Position numbers and translations under genes: made by a program. The notes beneath the pieces were generated by a model. The model was not told the DNA's origin. It did not search any database and saw only the letters and a program-made list of their open reading frames with translations. A stretch of DNA of 63,966 nucleotides, the filler included, from a bacterium (lineage in GTDB: Bacteria; JALSQH01): NCBI GenBank assembly GCA_026985515.1. It is 7 parts of 7 records of this genome, joined end to end, with 100 filler letters (N's around TTAATTAATTAA, not from the genome) between each part and the next. Parts side by side here need not be neighbours in the genome. Positions count along the whole stretch, not along the records: positions 41,051 to 54,218 come from JALSQH010000109.1; positions 54,319 to 57,664 come from JALSQH010000111.1; positions 57,765 to 61,076 come from JALSQH010000113.1; 4 more parts are not named here. One strand, written 5' to 3'. Every line of letters begins with the position of its first letter. The stretch's first letter is position 1. Below, piece after piece: positions 48,121 to 58,005 of this stretch.

Positions 48121-48846
48121 ATGGAATCAGGTGGCAAAAAGATTAAAATTCCGGATCATGTTGCAATAATCATGGATGGCAACGGTAGATGGGCTCAATT
48201 GAGGGGCTTACCGAGACTTGCAGGACACAGAGAAGGTGTGAAAAGGGCAAGGGAAGCAGTAGAGTTCTCCTACAGGAATGGCATCAAGTACCTTACGCTT
48301 TTTGCCTTTTCTACAGAAAACTGGCAGAGGCCCCGGGAGGAAGTTGAAGGCATAATCCAGCTTTTGAGGGAATATCTCAGAAAAGAACTTCCAGATCTCA
48401 AAGAGAATAGAGTTAAATTGAAAGTGATTGGAGATCTGACTCCCCTTCCAGAAGAGGTGAGAAGAGAAATTGAAACTGCAGAAGAAGAATTAAAAGAAGG
48501 TGACAGGTTAACATTGATTGTGGCTTTCAGTTATGGTGGAAGACAGGAGATAATCAGAGCAGTGAAAAAAATTGTTTCTGAATGTAAAAATGGAACAGTC
48601 CAAAACATCAGCGAAGAATACTTCAGAAAGTTCCTCTTTGCTCCTGAGATTCCCGATCCTGACCTTCTCATAAGGACAGGAGGAGAACAGAGAATAAGCA
48701 ATTTCCTGCTTTTTCAAATAGCCTATACAGAACTTTACTTTACAAAAACTCTCTGGCCTGACTTTACCTCTGAAGAATTCAAAAGAGCCATTGAGGATTA
48801 TTCACGCAGAGAGAGAAGATTCGGAAGGGTTGGCAAAGGAAAGTAA
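48121..48846 (+). CDS. uppS: Undecaprenyl diphosphate synthase
   Basis: IMDGNGRWA, AFSTENW, IRTGGEQRISNF, RRFG. Confidence 0.96.
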   Translation: MESGGKKIKIPDHVAIIMDGNGRWAQLRGLPRLAGHREGVKRAREAVEFSYRNGIKYLTLFAFSTENWQRPREEVEGIIQLLREYLRKELPDLKENRVKLKVIGDLTPLPEEVRREIETAEEELKEGDRLTLIVAFSYGGRQEIIRAVKKIVSECKNGTVQNISEEYFRKFLFAPEIPDPDLLIRTGGEQRISNFLLFQIAYTELYFTKTLWPDFTSEEFKRAIEDYSRRERRFGRVGKGK

Positions 48847-48897
48847 TATAAGAGTAAGCTACAACTAAGTGTTCAGAGCAGGCATATGGTTAAAAAG

Positions 48898-48940
48898 AAG
48901 AAAAATTCAACAAACCCTGACAGAATCAGGGTTTGTTGAA
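48898..48940 (-). terminator. Terminator of the degP operon
   Basis: Perfect 15-bp stem TTCAACAAACCCTGA/TCAGGGTTTGTTGAA, followed by a T-rich tract on the minus strand. Confidence 0.8.
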
Positions 48941-50389
48941 AGCCACCCAGAACGTTCCCTCATTTTCTCTGTAGATCAGAAGAAGAATTGGTTCTCCAGA
49001 CTTTACTCTGGAGAGAATCCTCTTTGCCTGAGAAGCCGTTTTCACCTCTTTCTGATTAATTTCAACAATAACATCTCCCCTCTGAAGTCCATTTTCCTCG
49101 GCAACTGACCCGGGCTCAACCTTTGTTATGAGTACTCCTTTCTGAATGGAAATACCAAGTTGTGACGCAAGTTCAGGGGTAAGAGTTTTCAGAGAAAGTC
49201 CTATTTTCTTTAAAGCTTCCTCCTCACCTTCAGGAGCTTCGGAAATTTCACCTTTTGCACCCATTTCCGCAATCTTAACTTTAAAGGTTATCTTTTTTAA
49301 TTTTCCCTTCCTCGGCCTTAGAACTACAATTTTAACTTTTTTACCGGGAGGAGTTGAAGCCACATAAAAAGGGAGATCCCTGTAGCTCTTTACCTTTTTA
49401 CCATCATATTCAACAATTATATCTCCAGGTCTGAGACCAGCCCTCTCAGCAGGAGTGTGCTTTAAAACCTGTGCTATCAGCGCACCTTCAGGTTTTTTCA
49501 ATCCAAAGCTTTTTGCTATGGCAGGAGTTACCTTCTGAATCTTAACACCAAGCCATCCCCTGACGACCTTTCCCTTTGTTTTTAGCTGGGCAACCACAGT
49601 TTTTGCAAGATTGGAGGGTATTGCAAATCCTATTCCTGCAGATTGACCTGTCTTGGTGAAAATTGCAGTGTTTATTCCTATTACCTCTCCATTAAGATCA
49701 AGCAATGGACCTCCTGAATTACCGGGATTAATAGGAGCATCAGTCTGAAGGAAATTGTCGTATGGTCCAACACCAATTACCCTGCCCTTTGCACTGATTA
49801 TTCCGTGAGTAACTGTATGTGATAATCCAAAGGGATTTCCAATGGCAATAACCCAGGAACCAATCTTGATTTTATCAGAATCACCAAGGGTCAGGTATGG
49901 TAACTTCTTTCCAGCCTTTATCTTCAATAAAGCAAGATCAGTTTTCTTATCCTTACCAACAATTTTTGCTTTATACTTCTCATCTTCACTGAAGGAAACG
50001 ATTATTTCGTCTGCTCCTTTTATTACATGGTAATTTGTGAGAATGTATCCATCCGGATCAATAACGAAACCTGATCCGAGACTTTTCTGCTTGAATTCAC
50101 GCGGAACTTCTGGAAATGGTTCCCCGGGGAAAAACCATCTGAAAAAGTTGTATAATTGTTGCGTCTGGGGAGGTAATTTAAAAACCTTCGTGGAACTTAT
50201 ATTTACCACTGCTGGAATTGCCTTCTCAACAATCGGGCTGAAATCAGGTAATGTAACAATAGGTTTTTCCTGAGTAGTGGCACTCTTCTCCTCAGCTGAA
50301 GTGCTCTCCGGGAGGTTGAAACATGAAGCAACAACAATTCCACCTACAAAAGCAAAAACAATCAGGAGAAGGGAAATCTTCTTTCTCAT
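48926..50389 (-). CDS. degP: HtrA/DegP serine protease with two PDZ domains
   Basis: GSGF, TNYHV, DLAL, GNSGGPL, RGWLGV. Confidence 0.93.
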   Translation of the reverse strand: MRKKISLLLIVFAFVGGIVVASCFNLPESTSAEEKSATTQEKPIVTLPDFSPIVEKAIPAVVNISSTKVFKLPPQTQQLYNFFRWFFPGEPFPEVPREFKQKSLGSGFVIDPDGYILTNYHVIKGADEIIVSFSEDEKYKAKIVGKDKKTDLALLKIKAGKKLPYLTLGDSDKIKIGSWVIAIGNPFGLSHTVTHGIISAKGRVIGVGPYDNFLQTDAPINPGNSGGPLLDLNGEVIGINTAIFTKTGQSAGIGFAIPSNLAKTVVAQLKTKGKVVRGWLGVKIQKVTPAIAKSFGLKKPEGALIAQVLKHTPAERAGLRPGDIIVEYDGKKVKSYRDLPFYVASTPPGKKVKIVVLRPRKGKLKKITFKVKIAEMGAKGEISEAPEGEEEALKKIGLSLKTLTPELASQLGISIQKGVLITKVEPGSVAEENGLQRGDVIVEINQKEVKTASQAKRILSRVKSGEPILLLIYRENEGTFWVAFNKP

Positions 50390-50410
50390 CGGAAACTCCT
50401 TTTTTGATTT

Positions 50411-50734
50411 TCAATTCTCTTTTTGTTTTTCTCTCCTGTATACTTCCACGAACTTTAACTTCAACTCAGTTATTAGCGAATTGATAAATTGTTCCTCTTC
50501 CTGACTCAGATTACCTTTTGTTTTCTCTCTCAGCATATCAATTGTGTCAATTGTGTGCTTGGCAAGCATGAGGTTTTTTCTTTCTTTGCCTGTTATGGGA
50601 TCGGGGCTGAGTCCAAGATAGATCAGAACTGATTGACTTATCCCAAGAATAAAATTTTTGAAATCAACAGGCGGTATTTCCTTATCTTTGAATTCAACCT
50701 CCTCATACTCTCTCCTTTTCTCTTCGTCACTCAT
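50411..50734 (-). CDS. DUF1844 family protein
   Basis: LG..PDP.TG...NL.LAK.TID...L.EKTKGNL..EE. Confidence 0.85.
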   Translation of the reverse strand: MSDEEKRREYEEVEFKDKEIPPVDFKNFILGISQSVLIYLGLSPDPITGKERKNLMLAKHTIDTIDMLREKTKGNLSQEEEQFINSLITELKLKFVEVYRREKQKEN

Positions 50735-50744
50735 CTCGCACCTC

Positions 50745-53024
50745 CTATACTACAAGTTCCTTATCCAGAAGAACAACTTTTCCCTCTTCATTAACATCTA
50801 TGTAGAAATAATCCCTTTCGTTCCATTTGAGAGTTACAGGGAGTTTAATTACCTCGTCAATTTTCCTCTTGAGATATCTTGCACCATACTTAATTGAAAA
50901 TCCCTCTCTCGCCACTTCCCTTATTGCCTCTTCTGTTACAATAAGATGTTTTCCCTCCTCTTCAACCTTTTCCTGAATCTTCTTTATGTATCTTCGTGCT
51001 ATTTCCACAACCTCCTCCTCTGTCAGTGGAGAGAAAACTATTATGTCATCTATCCTGTTGAGAAATTCAGGCGAAAATCTATTTTCAACCTCCTGCATAA
51101 TCAACTTCTTGACCTCGCCAATTGATTCTTTTTCTTTTAAGAACCCCAGCGGCTTCAAATAGTTCCTGAAATGCTGATATCCAATGTTTGAAGTCATGAT
51201 GATTATGGCGTCACTGAAGTATACTTTTTTACCTTTTCCATCAGTTAACCATCCCTCGTCGAAGACCTGAAGGAAAAGCGTCAAAACATCAGGATGGGCT
51301 TTCTCAATTTCGTCAAGAAGAACCACAGTGTAGGGATTTTCCCTTATTTTATTCGTAAGAACTCCACCTCTTTCGGAACCCACAATTCCCCTGGGCATCC
51401 CTATCAATTTGTCAATGGAAATGGTGCCGTCCTTATATTCAGACATGTCGAGCCTTATCATTTTCTCTTCATCACCAAAGAGATACTCAGCAAGAGCCTT
51501 GGCAAGCTCTGTCTTTCCCACTCCAGTGGGTCCGAGAAAAAGAAGAACTCCATCAGGTCTGTTAAAATTCTCTTTCAGAGGACCCTTGTTCAACCGCAAT
51601 CTCTTTCCAAGCGCGTATATTGCCTCCTTCTGTCCCACAACTCTCTGGGAAAGTTTCTCTTCAAGGTCCTTAAATCTCTCAACAGAGTTTCTGCGGATCA
51701 TATCCAGCGGAATCTGTGTTTCCTCAGCAACCACTTCATAAATATGTTCTGCTCTGACAACCTTGTCCTCAGTGTAAAGTGAAGCCTTAACACATGCAGT
51801 ATCAAGCCAGTTAATTGGTTTATCAGGTAACTTTCTCCCCCTGTCATATCTTTTCGACAACTGTAATGAAACTTTTAAAGCTTCATCTGAGATAACCACA
51901 AGATAAACTCTCTCAAGTCTCTTTTTAACCCCCTGCAGAATCTTTTCTGTTTCCTCATATGTGGGCTCCCTGACATAAATTGTTCTGAATCTCCTTGCAA
52001 GAGCCTCATCCTCCATTATGTACTGCATATACTCGGTATAGGTTGTCGCACCAATTATCTGAATTTCCCCCTTTGCAAGGGAGGATTTCAGAATATTCGC
52101 TGCATCGGAAGGTACACCCATCGCAGATCCAGCACCTATGATGGAATGAGCTTCGTCGATGAAAAGAATTATATTTCCCCTATCCTTCACCTCCTTTATT
52201 ATCTTTTCAATCCTTTCCTCAAACATACCCCTGAACATCGTCCCTGCAACAAGGGAATTCATCTGGAGATTCACTATCTGATAATCTCTCAGATTGGGTG
52301 GAATTGACTCAGGTTCAAACTCTATTTTCCATGCCAGTCCCTCTGCGAGGGCAGTTTTACCCACACCAGGTTCACCTATCAGCATAACTGAATTTGCCCT
52401 TTCACGATGAGAAAGTATCTCTATCATCTTCCTGATCTCTTTTTCCCTTCCGAAGATTTCGGGGATCTTTCCCATTACTGCAAGTTTGTTGAGATTTATC
52501 CCAAACTGCCTCAGAAAACCGGGGAGTTCATACTTTCTTCTTAACTCCCTTTCAAACTCAATTCTCCGTCTGCTCTCCTCCATTATGGCATTGATCACAA
52601 TGAAGGGATCCTTTCCCTTTTCCTTAACAAGCTGGGAGGGATAACTCTCCTCCACCATAAAAATTCCTGCAAGCAAGTTGTATGGACCAATTTTCTGGTA
52701 CCCCTCTCCATTGGCATTGGCAAGGGCCTTCTCAAGTACCTTTTTCACAAGGGGCGATACCTTGATCCCTACAGAGGCCTCAACAAGATAATCAGACTTT
52801 TCCAGTCTGTTATTTATTTCTCTCTTAATCTCAGCTGGATCCAGCCCTGCATTTTCCATTATGACATCAAAGGCATCTGTCTCAAGCTTTATGAAAGCAT
52901 AAAGGAGGTGTTCAGGAGCAAGATAGTAATGATCTCTCCTCTGTGTTTCCGTTATGGCATATGTTAAAATTTTTTGTGCCCTTTCAGTCAGGTATTCTCT
53001 GTAAGGTGACAGATCAATATGCAT
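50745..53024 (-). CDS. ClpA/ClpC-type AAA+ unfoldase (no M-domain)
   Basis: Clp N-domain; GEPGVGKT/IDEAH and GPTGVGKT/LDEIEKAH; LGF loop; start ATG 53024 after GAGG. Confidence 0.9.
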   Translation of the reverse strand: MHIDLSPYREYLTERAQKILTYAITETQRRDHYYLAPEHLLYAFIKLETDAFDVIMENAGLDPAEIKREINNRLEKSDYLVEASVGIKVSPLVKKVLEKALANANGEGYQKIGPYNLLAGIFMVEESYPSQLVKEKGKDPFIVINAIMEESRRRIEFERELRRKYELPGFLRQFGINLNKLAVMGKIPEIFGREKEIRKMIEILSHRERANSVMLIGEPGVGKTALAEGLAWKIEFEPESIPPNLRDYQIVNLQMNSLVAGTMFRGMFEERIEKIIKEVKDRGNIILFIDEAHSIIGAGSAMGVPSDAANILKSSLAKGEIQIIGATTYTEYMQYIMEDEALARRFRTIYVREPTYEETEKILQGVKKRLERVYLVVISDEALKVSLQLSKRYDRGRKLPDKPINWLDTACVKASLYTEDKVVRAEHIYEVVAEETQIPLDMIRRNSVERFKDLEEKLSQRVVGQKEAIYALGKRLRLNKGPLKENFNRPDGVLLFLGPTGVGKTELAKALAEYLFGDEEKMIRLDMSEYKDGTISIDKLIGMPRGIVGSERGGVLTNKIRENPYTVVLLDEIEKAHPDVLTLFLQVFDEGWLTDGKGKKVYFSDAIIIMTSNIGYQHFRNYLKPLGFLKEKESIGEVKKLIMQEVENRFSPEFLNRIDDIIVFSPLTEEEVVEIARRYIKKIQEKVEEEGKHLIVTEEAIREVAREGFSIKYGARYLKRKIDEVIKLPVTLKWNERDYFYIDVNEEGKVVLLDKELVV

Positions 53025-53034
53025 ACAACACCTC

Positions 53035-53898
53035 TCAATAAGCAAGTTCTTTTAATCTTCTTATCCTATCCTCAATGGGAGGATGAGTGCTGAAGAGCTT
53101 CAAAATGCTCCTCCCACTGAAAGGATTCACAATATACATATGACTTACAGCTTCATTACCAAATTTAGGTTGAATCTGGCCAGCGTACCTGCCAAGCTTT
53201 TCAAGGGCACTGATCAATCCCCAGGGATGTCCAACTATTCTGGCACCCGTGGCATCAGCAAGATACTCTCTTGAACGAGACACTGCCAGCTGTATTATTG
53301 TGGCAACAATAGGGGTAATAATGGCAAGGGCGAGAGCCACAAAAATGTTGCCACCACCTTCATCGTCATCTCTGCTAAAACCTCCAAAGATAGCGGCCCA
53401 CTTTACCATATCAGCAAGAAACATGATTGCAGTTGCTATTGTTGCAGCAATAGAACCTATAAGGATATCTCTGTTTTTTATATGAGACAATTCGTGTGCC
53501 AGCACGCCCCTCAATTCTTCGTCATCCATCATTTCAAGGAGGCCCTGCGTAACAGCAACAGCGGCATGTGACGGGCTTCTACCGGTGGCAAAAGCATTGG
53601 GAGCCATATCTGGAATTATATATACCCGTGGCACTGGCAGACCAGCCTTTTGAGCCAGTTCATAAACTATGTTGTACAATCTCGGGTTACTGTTCTGATC
53701 CACAGGTTGAGCTCTGTGCATTGCCAGAACTATCTTGTCTGAAAACCAGTATGAAAAGAAGTTCATTCCTATCGCGAGAATTGCAGCAAAGTACAGTCCT
53801 CCATTACCACCCAGAAGATAACCAAAGGCAAGAAAAAGTCCACTCAATATTCCCAGAAGAATTCCAGTCTTAAACCAGTTTGTCAGAATCCAGCTCAT
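53035..53898 (-). CDS. htpX: Zinc metalloprotease HtpX
   Basis: PNAFATG, AHELSH, SRSREYLAD, FSTHP. Confidence 0.95.
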   Translation of the reverse strand: MSWILTNWFKTGILLGILSGLFLAFGYLLGGNGGLYFAAILAIGMNFFSYWFSDKIVLAMHRAQPVDQNSNPRLYNIVYELAQKAGLPVPRVYIIPDMAPNAFATGRSPSHAAVAVTQGLLEMMDDEELRGVLAHELSHIKNRDILIGSIAATIATAIMFLADMVKWAAIFGGFSRDDDEGGGNIFVALALAIITPIVATIIQLAVSRSREYLADATGARIVGHPWGLISALEKLGRYAGQIQPKFGNEAVSHMYIVNPFSGRSILKLFSTHPPIEDRIRRLKELAY

Positions 53899-54000
53899 TC
53901 ACACCACCTCCATTTATTATGGTAACTCAATTTACCTGTATTTTCAATTTTCCACCAGAGGTTTAGACAGTACACAGACACAGGAGTTGCAATACAGAAA

Positions 54001-54218
54001 TCAGATTTTGGAGAATACTTCACTCCTGGGGTTGTATGGAGAGTTATTTTTCCATTCTTCCATGAATTCTTTAATCTTCTTATCCATCTTTTCAGGCAGA
54101 ACAATTTCAACGATCACATACTGATCTCCCCTTACCCCCGTTTTGGGATTAGTTACCCCCTTTCCCCTGATTCTGAATTTCTGTCCAGATCTGGTTCCAG
54201 GGGGGATTTTCATTTTAA
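54001..54218 (-). CDS. DnaJ/CbpA C-terminal fragment
   Basis: KIPPGTRSGQKFRIRGKGV...RGDQYV. Confidence 0.85.
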
Positions 54219-54318
54219 NNNNNNNNNNNNNNNNNNNNNNNNNNNNNNNNNNNNNNNNNNNNTTAATTAATTAANNNNNNNNNNNNNNNNNNNNNNNNNN
54301 NNNNNNNNNNNNNNNNNN
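54219..54318. other. Artificial contig-join spacer
   Basis: N44-TTAATTAATTAA-N44. Confidence 0.97.
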
Positions 54319-54319
54319 T

Positions 54320-55378
54320 GGAATTACCGGCAATATGAGTGTCGAGGTTCTTCTTGAAGGTGACACAATTGTTGAGGCAAAAACCCATGTTGGTTATCTC
54401 CACCGGGCCTTTGAAAAATTAATGGAAAGAAGAATTTTCATTCAGTCATTTCCTCTTGTTTGCAGAATTTGTGTTCCTGAACCCGATACCAATGAAGAAA
54501 ATTTTGCAAGAGGACTTGAAGAACTTGCAGGGATTGAGATACCAGAGAGAGCAAAATGGATAAGAACACTTGTTCTGGAATTATCAAGGCTTGTTGCACT
54601 TCTTCAATATATTGGTGGTCAGGCAGGTTGTATGGGACTTGGTACCGCTGCACAATGGGCAGTTGGAGACAGGGATTATGTCATTGATCTTCTTGAAGAG
54701 ATAACAGGAGCAAGAATTTACCATATTTACATTCTTCCCGGCGGTGTGAGAAGAGACCTGCCAGAGGGGTTCGCAGAAAGGGCGTTAAAGGTGATGGATT
54801 ATCTAGAAAAAAGACTGGCAGATTACGATGAATTAATTTTTGAAAACGCGGTATTTAAGAAGAGGATAATCGGTCTTGGTGTTGTAAAAAAAGAATGGGT
54901 GGAGGAGTGGGGAATAACTGGACCTGTGGCAAGAGCCTGTGGTTTTCCCTATGATGTTAGAAAAGATGCACCTTATGAGGTGTATGATAAACTTGATTTT
55001 GAAGTCATCACTGAAGAGGGTTGTGACGTATATTCCAGGGCGAAGGTGAGGAGAAGAGAAATTGAACTCAGTATTTCACTCATAAGGCAGATACTCGAGA
55101 GAATGCCAGAGGGAGAGGTGTGGAGACCCCTTGGTAATGTTTTTCAATGGAAGATACCAAAAGGTGAAACTTATGTGAAATCAGAGGCAACAAGAGGAGA
55201 ATTTGGATACTATGTTGTGACAGATGGCTCCACAAAACCAAGAAGAATACAGGTAAGGGGAGTATCAACACCACACGCTTTTACCCTTCTTCAGGAACTC
55301 CTGAAGGGTGCAAATATTGCAGATGTTTCGCCAATTATGGTGAGTTTGCAAACATGTCCACCTGAAATAGAGAGGTAG
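54320..55378 (+). CDS. NuoD-family subunit of MbxL/MbsL type (5' truncated)
   Basis: GYLHRAFEK, RICVPEPD, C-terminal CPPEIER; lacks complete NiFe L1/L2 Cys pairs. Confidence 0.8.
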   Translation, partial: GITGNMSVEVLLEGDTIVEAKTHVGYLHRAFEKLMERRIFIQSFPLVCRICVPEPDTNEENFARGLEELAGIEIPERAKWIRTLVLELSRLVALLQYIGGQAGCMGLGTAAQWAVGDRDYVIDLLEEITGARIYHIYILPGGVRRDLPEGFAERALKVMDYLEKRLADYDELIFENAVFKKRIIGLGVVKKEWVEEWGITGPVARACGFPYDVRKDAPYEVYDKLDFEVITEEGCDVYSRAKVRRREIELSISLIRQILERMPEGEVWRPLGNVFQWKIPKGETYVKSEATRGEFGYYVVTDGSTKPRRIQVRGVSTPHAFTLLQELLKGANIADVSPIMVSLQTCPPEIER

Positions 55379-55384
55379 GAGGCA

Positions 55385-57163
55385 ATGGTTATGGATATAA
55401 AAGGGGCTTTAACCCCTTTAACAGCGTGGAAGCAGTTATTTAAGAAACCCCACACGATTACTGTTCCCTTTGTAAAAAGGGAAGCGGCTCCGAGATACAG
55501 GGGATTCCATACCAATGATCTTGAGAAGTGCGTGGGATGCGGTACCTGTGCGACAATATGTCAGAATGAGGCCATTGATATGGTGCCGGTAGAGGGTATA
55601 GAGCCCAAAAAGGGTGATTCCGGCCTCAGACCCATGATAGATTATGGTAGATGTTGCTGGTGTGCCCTCTGCGTTGATGTGTGTCCTACTGGTTCTCTCC
55701 AGATGAGCAGAGAATATATATGGATAAGGGACAATCCTGAAGATTTCAGGTTCATACCTGGAAAGGATCATCCCGAATTTCTTGAGAATCCGGGCTACCA
55801 GTCTGATCCACGCTACTCATTTATTGATCTTGAACGAGTCCCAATGAAGGAACTCGATCCTGTGGAAAGAGTGGAAGTCAAACCATGGGCAGAAGTAATT
55901 CTTGGATACACAGAGGAAGAAGCAAGAAAGGAAGCGGAAAGATGCCTTGGATGTGGACTCTGCGTTTCAGCCTGTCCTGCAACAATGCACATTCCTGACT
56001 ACATTGCCGCAATAGCAAAGGGAGACTATGAAGAAGCCGTAAATATTTTTTATGATACCAATCCTCTCCCCGAAATGTGCGGCAAAGTCTGTACGAGACA
56101 GTGTGAATTTGTATGTACTGTCGGATATAAGGGTGAACCTGTTGCAATCAGGTGGTTAAAGAGATTTGCTTCTGAACAATTTGATGATCTCAGAGATGTT
56201 GTAAAAACAGAAAAAGAACCTCCAAAAGGAAAGAAGGTTGCAGTTATCGGTGCAGGTCCATCTGGTCTGACTGTGGGATACTATCTATCCCTGAAAGGAT
56301 ATGAAGTAACCATCTTTGAGGCCTTTCCAAAGGCTGGTGGAATGACCATGGCAGGTATTCCGAAGTACAGATTCCCCATTGATAGTCTTGAAAAGCAGAT
56401 CAAACTTATTGAATCTGTGGGTGTAAAGATAATCTATAATCACAGAGTTACAGCTGAGGAATTTGAAAAATTGAGGAAGGAGTATGACGCTCTATTCATC
56501 GGTGTTGGTCTGATGGATGCATGGAATCTTGATGTTCCTGGTGATGATCACCCGCAGGTTATATCTGCCTTAAAAATGCTCATTGATGTTAATCTCGGGA
56601 AGAAGGTTGAAATTGGAGAAAAGGTGGTTGTTGTTGGTGGTGGAAATGTAGCAATGGATGCCGCAAGAGTATCAAGGAGATTGGGAGCTGAAGTTATAGT
56701 TTCATACAGAAGAAGACTTGTTGATATGCCTGCCGATGAAGAAGAAATAGAAGAGGCAAAGGCTGAAGGGGTAATTTTTGAAACACAGACAATCCCTGCC
56801 AGAATTGAGCCTCTGGAAAACAGGAAAATAAGATATGTCTACTGGAAAGCTAAGATGGTTGACCAGGGTCCCGGAAAAAGGCCAAAGCCAGTACCCATTA
56901 AGGAAGAGGAATATTACCATGATGTTGACAGAGTAATTGTTGCCATCGGTCAGAAAGGTGAATTCAGTTTTCTCCCGCCCGATGTTGCTGAAAAAATAGT
57001 TGAAAGAGGAAAGATAAAAGTTGATCCTGAAACTGGAATGACCCCTATTGAAGGCGTATTTGCTGGTGGTGACGCGGTGAATAGAGTAATGGATGCGATC
57101 TCTGCTATTGGAGATGGTCTGAGAGCAGTAAAGGGAATTGACAGATACCTCTCAGGCAGGTAA
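55385..57163 (+). CDS. NuoI/MbxN-like 2x[4Fe-4S] domain fused to a GltD-like NAD(P)H-dependent flavoprotein
   Basis: RYRGFH..DLEKCVGCGTCATIC, CCWCALCVDVCP, EAERCLGC, GAGPSG, GGGNVA, YRR. Confidence 0.85.
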   Translation: MVMDIKGALTPLTAWKQLFKKPHTITVPFVKREAAPRYRGFHTNDLEKCVGCGTCATICQNEAIDMVPVEGIEPKKGDSGLRPMIDYGRCCWCALCVDVCPTGSLQMSREYIWIRDNPEDFRFIPGKDHPEFLENPGYQSDPRYSFIDLERVPMKELDPVERVEVKPWAEVILGYTEEEARKEAERCLGCGLCVSACPATMHIPDYIAAIAKGDYEEAVNIFYDTNPLPEMCGKVCTRQCEFVCTVGYKGEPVAIRWLKRFASEQFDDLRDVVKTEKEPPKGKKVAVIGAGPSGLTVGYYLSLKGYEVTIFEAFPKAGGMTMAGIPKYRFPIDSLEKQIKLIESVGVKIIYNHRVTAEEFEKLRKEYDALFIGVGLMDAWNLDVPGDDHPQVISALKMLIDVNLGKKVEIGEKVVVVGGGNVAMDAARVSRRLGAEVIVSYRRRLVDMPADEEEIEEAKAEGVIFETQTIPARIEPLENRKIRYVYWKAKMVDQGPGKRPKPVPIKEEEYYHDVDRVIVAIGQKGEFSFLPPDVAEKIVERGKIKVDPETGMTPIEGVFAGGDAVNRVMDAISAIGDGLRAVKGIDRYLSGR

Positions 57164-57270
57164 GCATCATTCCTGATTCCAAAACTTCTTTTTATTTTTT
57201 GAGTTTTTGCAGTAATTATGCTATATTTATTTTGAAATAACTTTTACTTTGCTCAACAGGACTGTTCAGA

Positions 57271-57664
57271 ATGATCAAATATACAAAAGAAGAGGTTGAA
57301 AAAGCTGTCAAAGAAGGTAAAAGTTTTAAAGATGTAGATTTAAAAGGCCTCGACCTTTCTGGAATAGATCTCAGCCACGGTGATTTCGAAGGTGCCAGAT
57401 TCAGATACTCCGACCTGAGTTATGTAAATTTTACGGGTGCCAACCTTAGAGGAGCCAATCTCCGCCATGCTAAACTGAGATTTGCAATTCTTATTGACAC
57501 TGACCTTCGGGGAGCAGACCTGACCCACGCTGATTTAACGGGGGCCAAATGGATAAATGTAAAATATGAGGGGGCCATCATGAATAAAGTCAGAGGGGTA
57601 AGCAGGAAGAAATTCTTTTTTTCTCAGAAACTTCTGGACAACCTTTTTCAGGAGGGAAGGGCAA
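57271..57664 (+). CDS. Pentapeptide repeat protein (3' truncated)
   Basis: Tandem A(D/N)LxX repeats (ANLRG ANLRH AKLRF ... ADLTH ADLTG). Confidence 0.85.
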
Positions 57665-57764
57665 NNNNNNNNNNNNNNNNNNNNNNNNNNNNNNNNNNNN
57701 NNNNNNNNTTAATTAATTAANNNNNNNNNNNNNNNNNNNNNNNNNNNNNNNNNNNNNNNNNNNN
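57665..57764. other. Artificial contig-join spacer
   Basis: N44-TTAATTAATTAA-N44. Confidence 0.97.
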
Positions 57765-57765
57765 A

Positions 57766-57999
57766 ATTAGGACCGAGAGAAGAGACGAACTTCAGAAATA
57801 TTTGCAAGCTAATGGCATAGGTACACTCATTCATTATCCTGTACCTCCGCATAAGCAGGAGGCATACAGTGAATGGAACCATTTAACTTTTCCCGTAACA
57901 GAAAAAATTCATAGAGAAGTCCTCAGCCTGCCTCTTTATCCTGCAATGAAGAGTGAGAAAATAGATAGAGTTATAAGTTTTGTAAATAATTTCAGATAG
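57766..57999 (+). CDS. DegT/DnrJ sugar aminotransferase, C-terminal fragment
   Basis: RDELQKYL..NGIGTLIHYPVPPHKQ...VLSLPLYP. Confidence 0.85.
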   Translation: MRTERRDELQKYLQANGIGTLIHYPVPPHKQEAYSEWNHLTFPVTEKIHREVLSLPLYPAMKSEKIDRVISFVNNFR

Positions 58000-58005
58000 A
58001 GGGAA

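Noticed and set aside
53895-54110. 71-aa ORF between dnaJ and htpX
   Set aside because: It overlaps the dnaJ fragment out of frame and spans a plausible htpX promoter (TTGAAA-17-TACCAT).
54320-55378. NiFe hydrogenase large subunit or canonical nuoD
   Set aside because: It lacks the RxCGxC and DPCxxC motifs, and has Cys-containing motifs where NuoD has RLDY and GEVDR.
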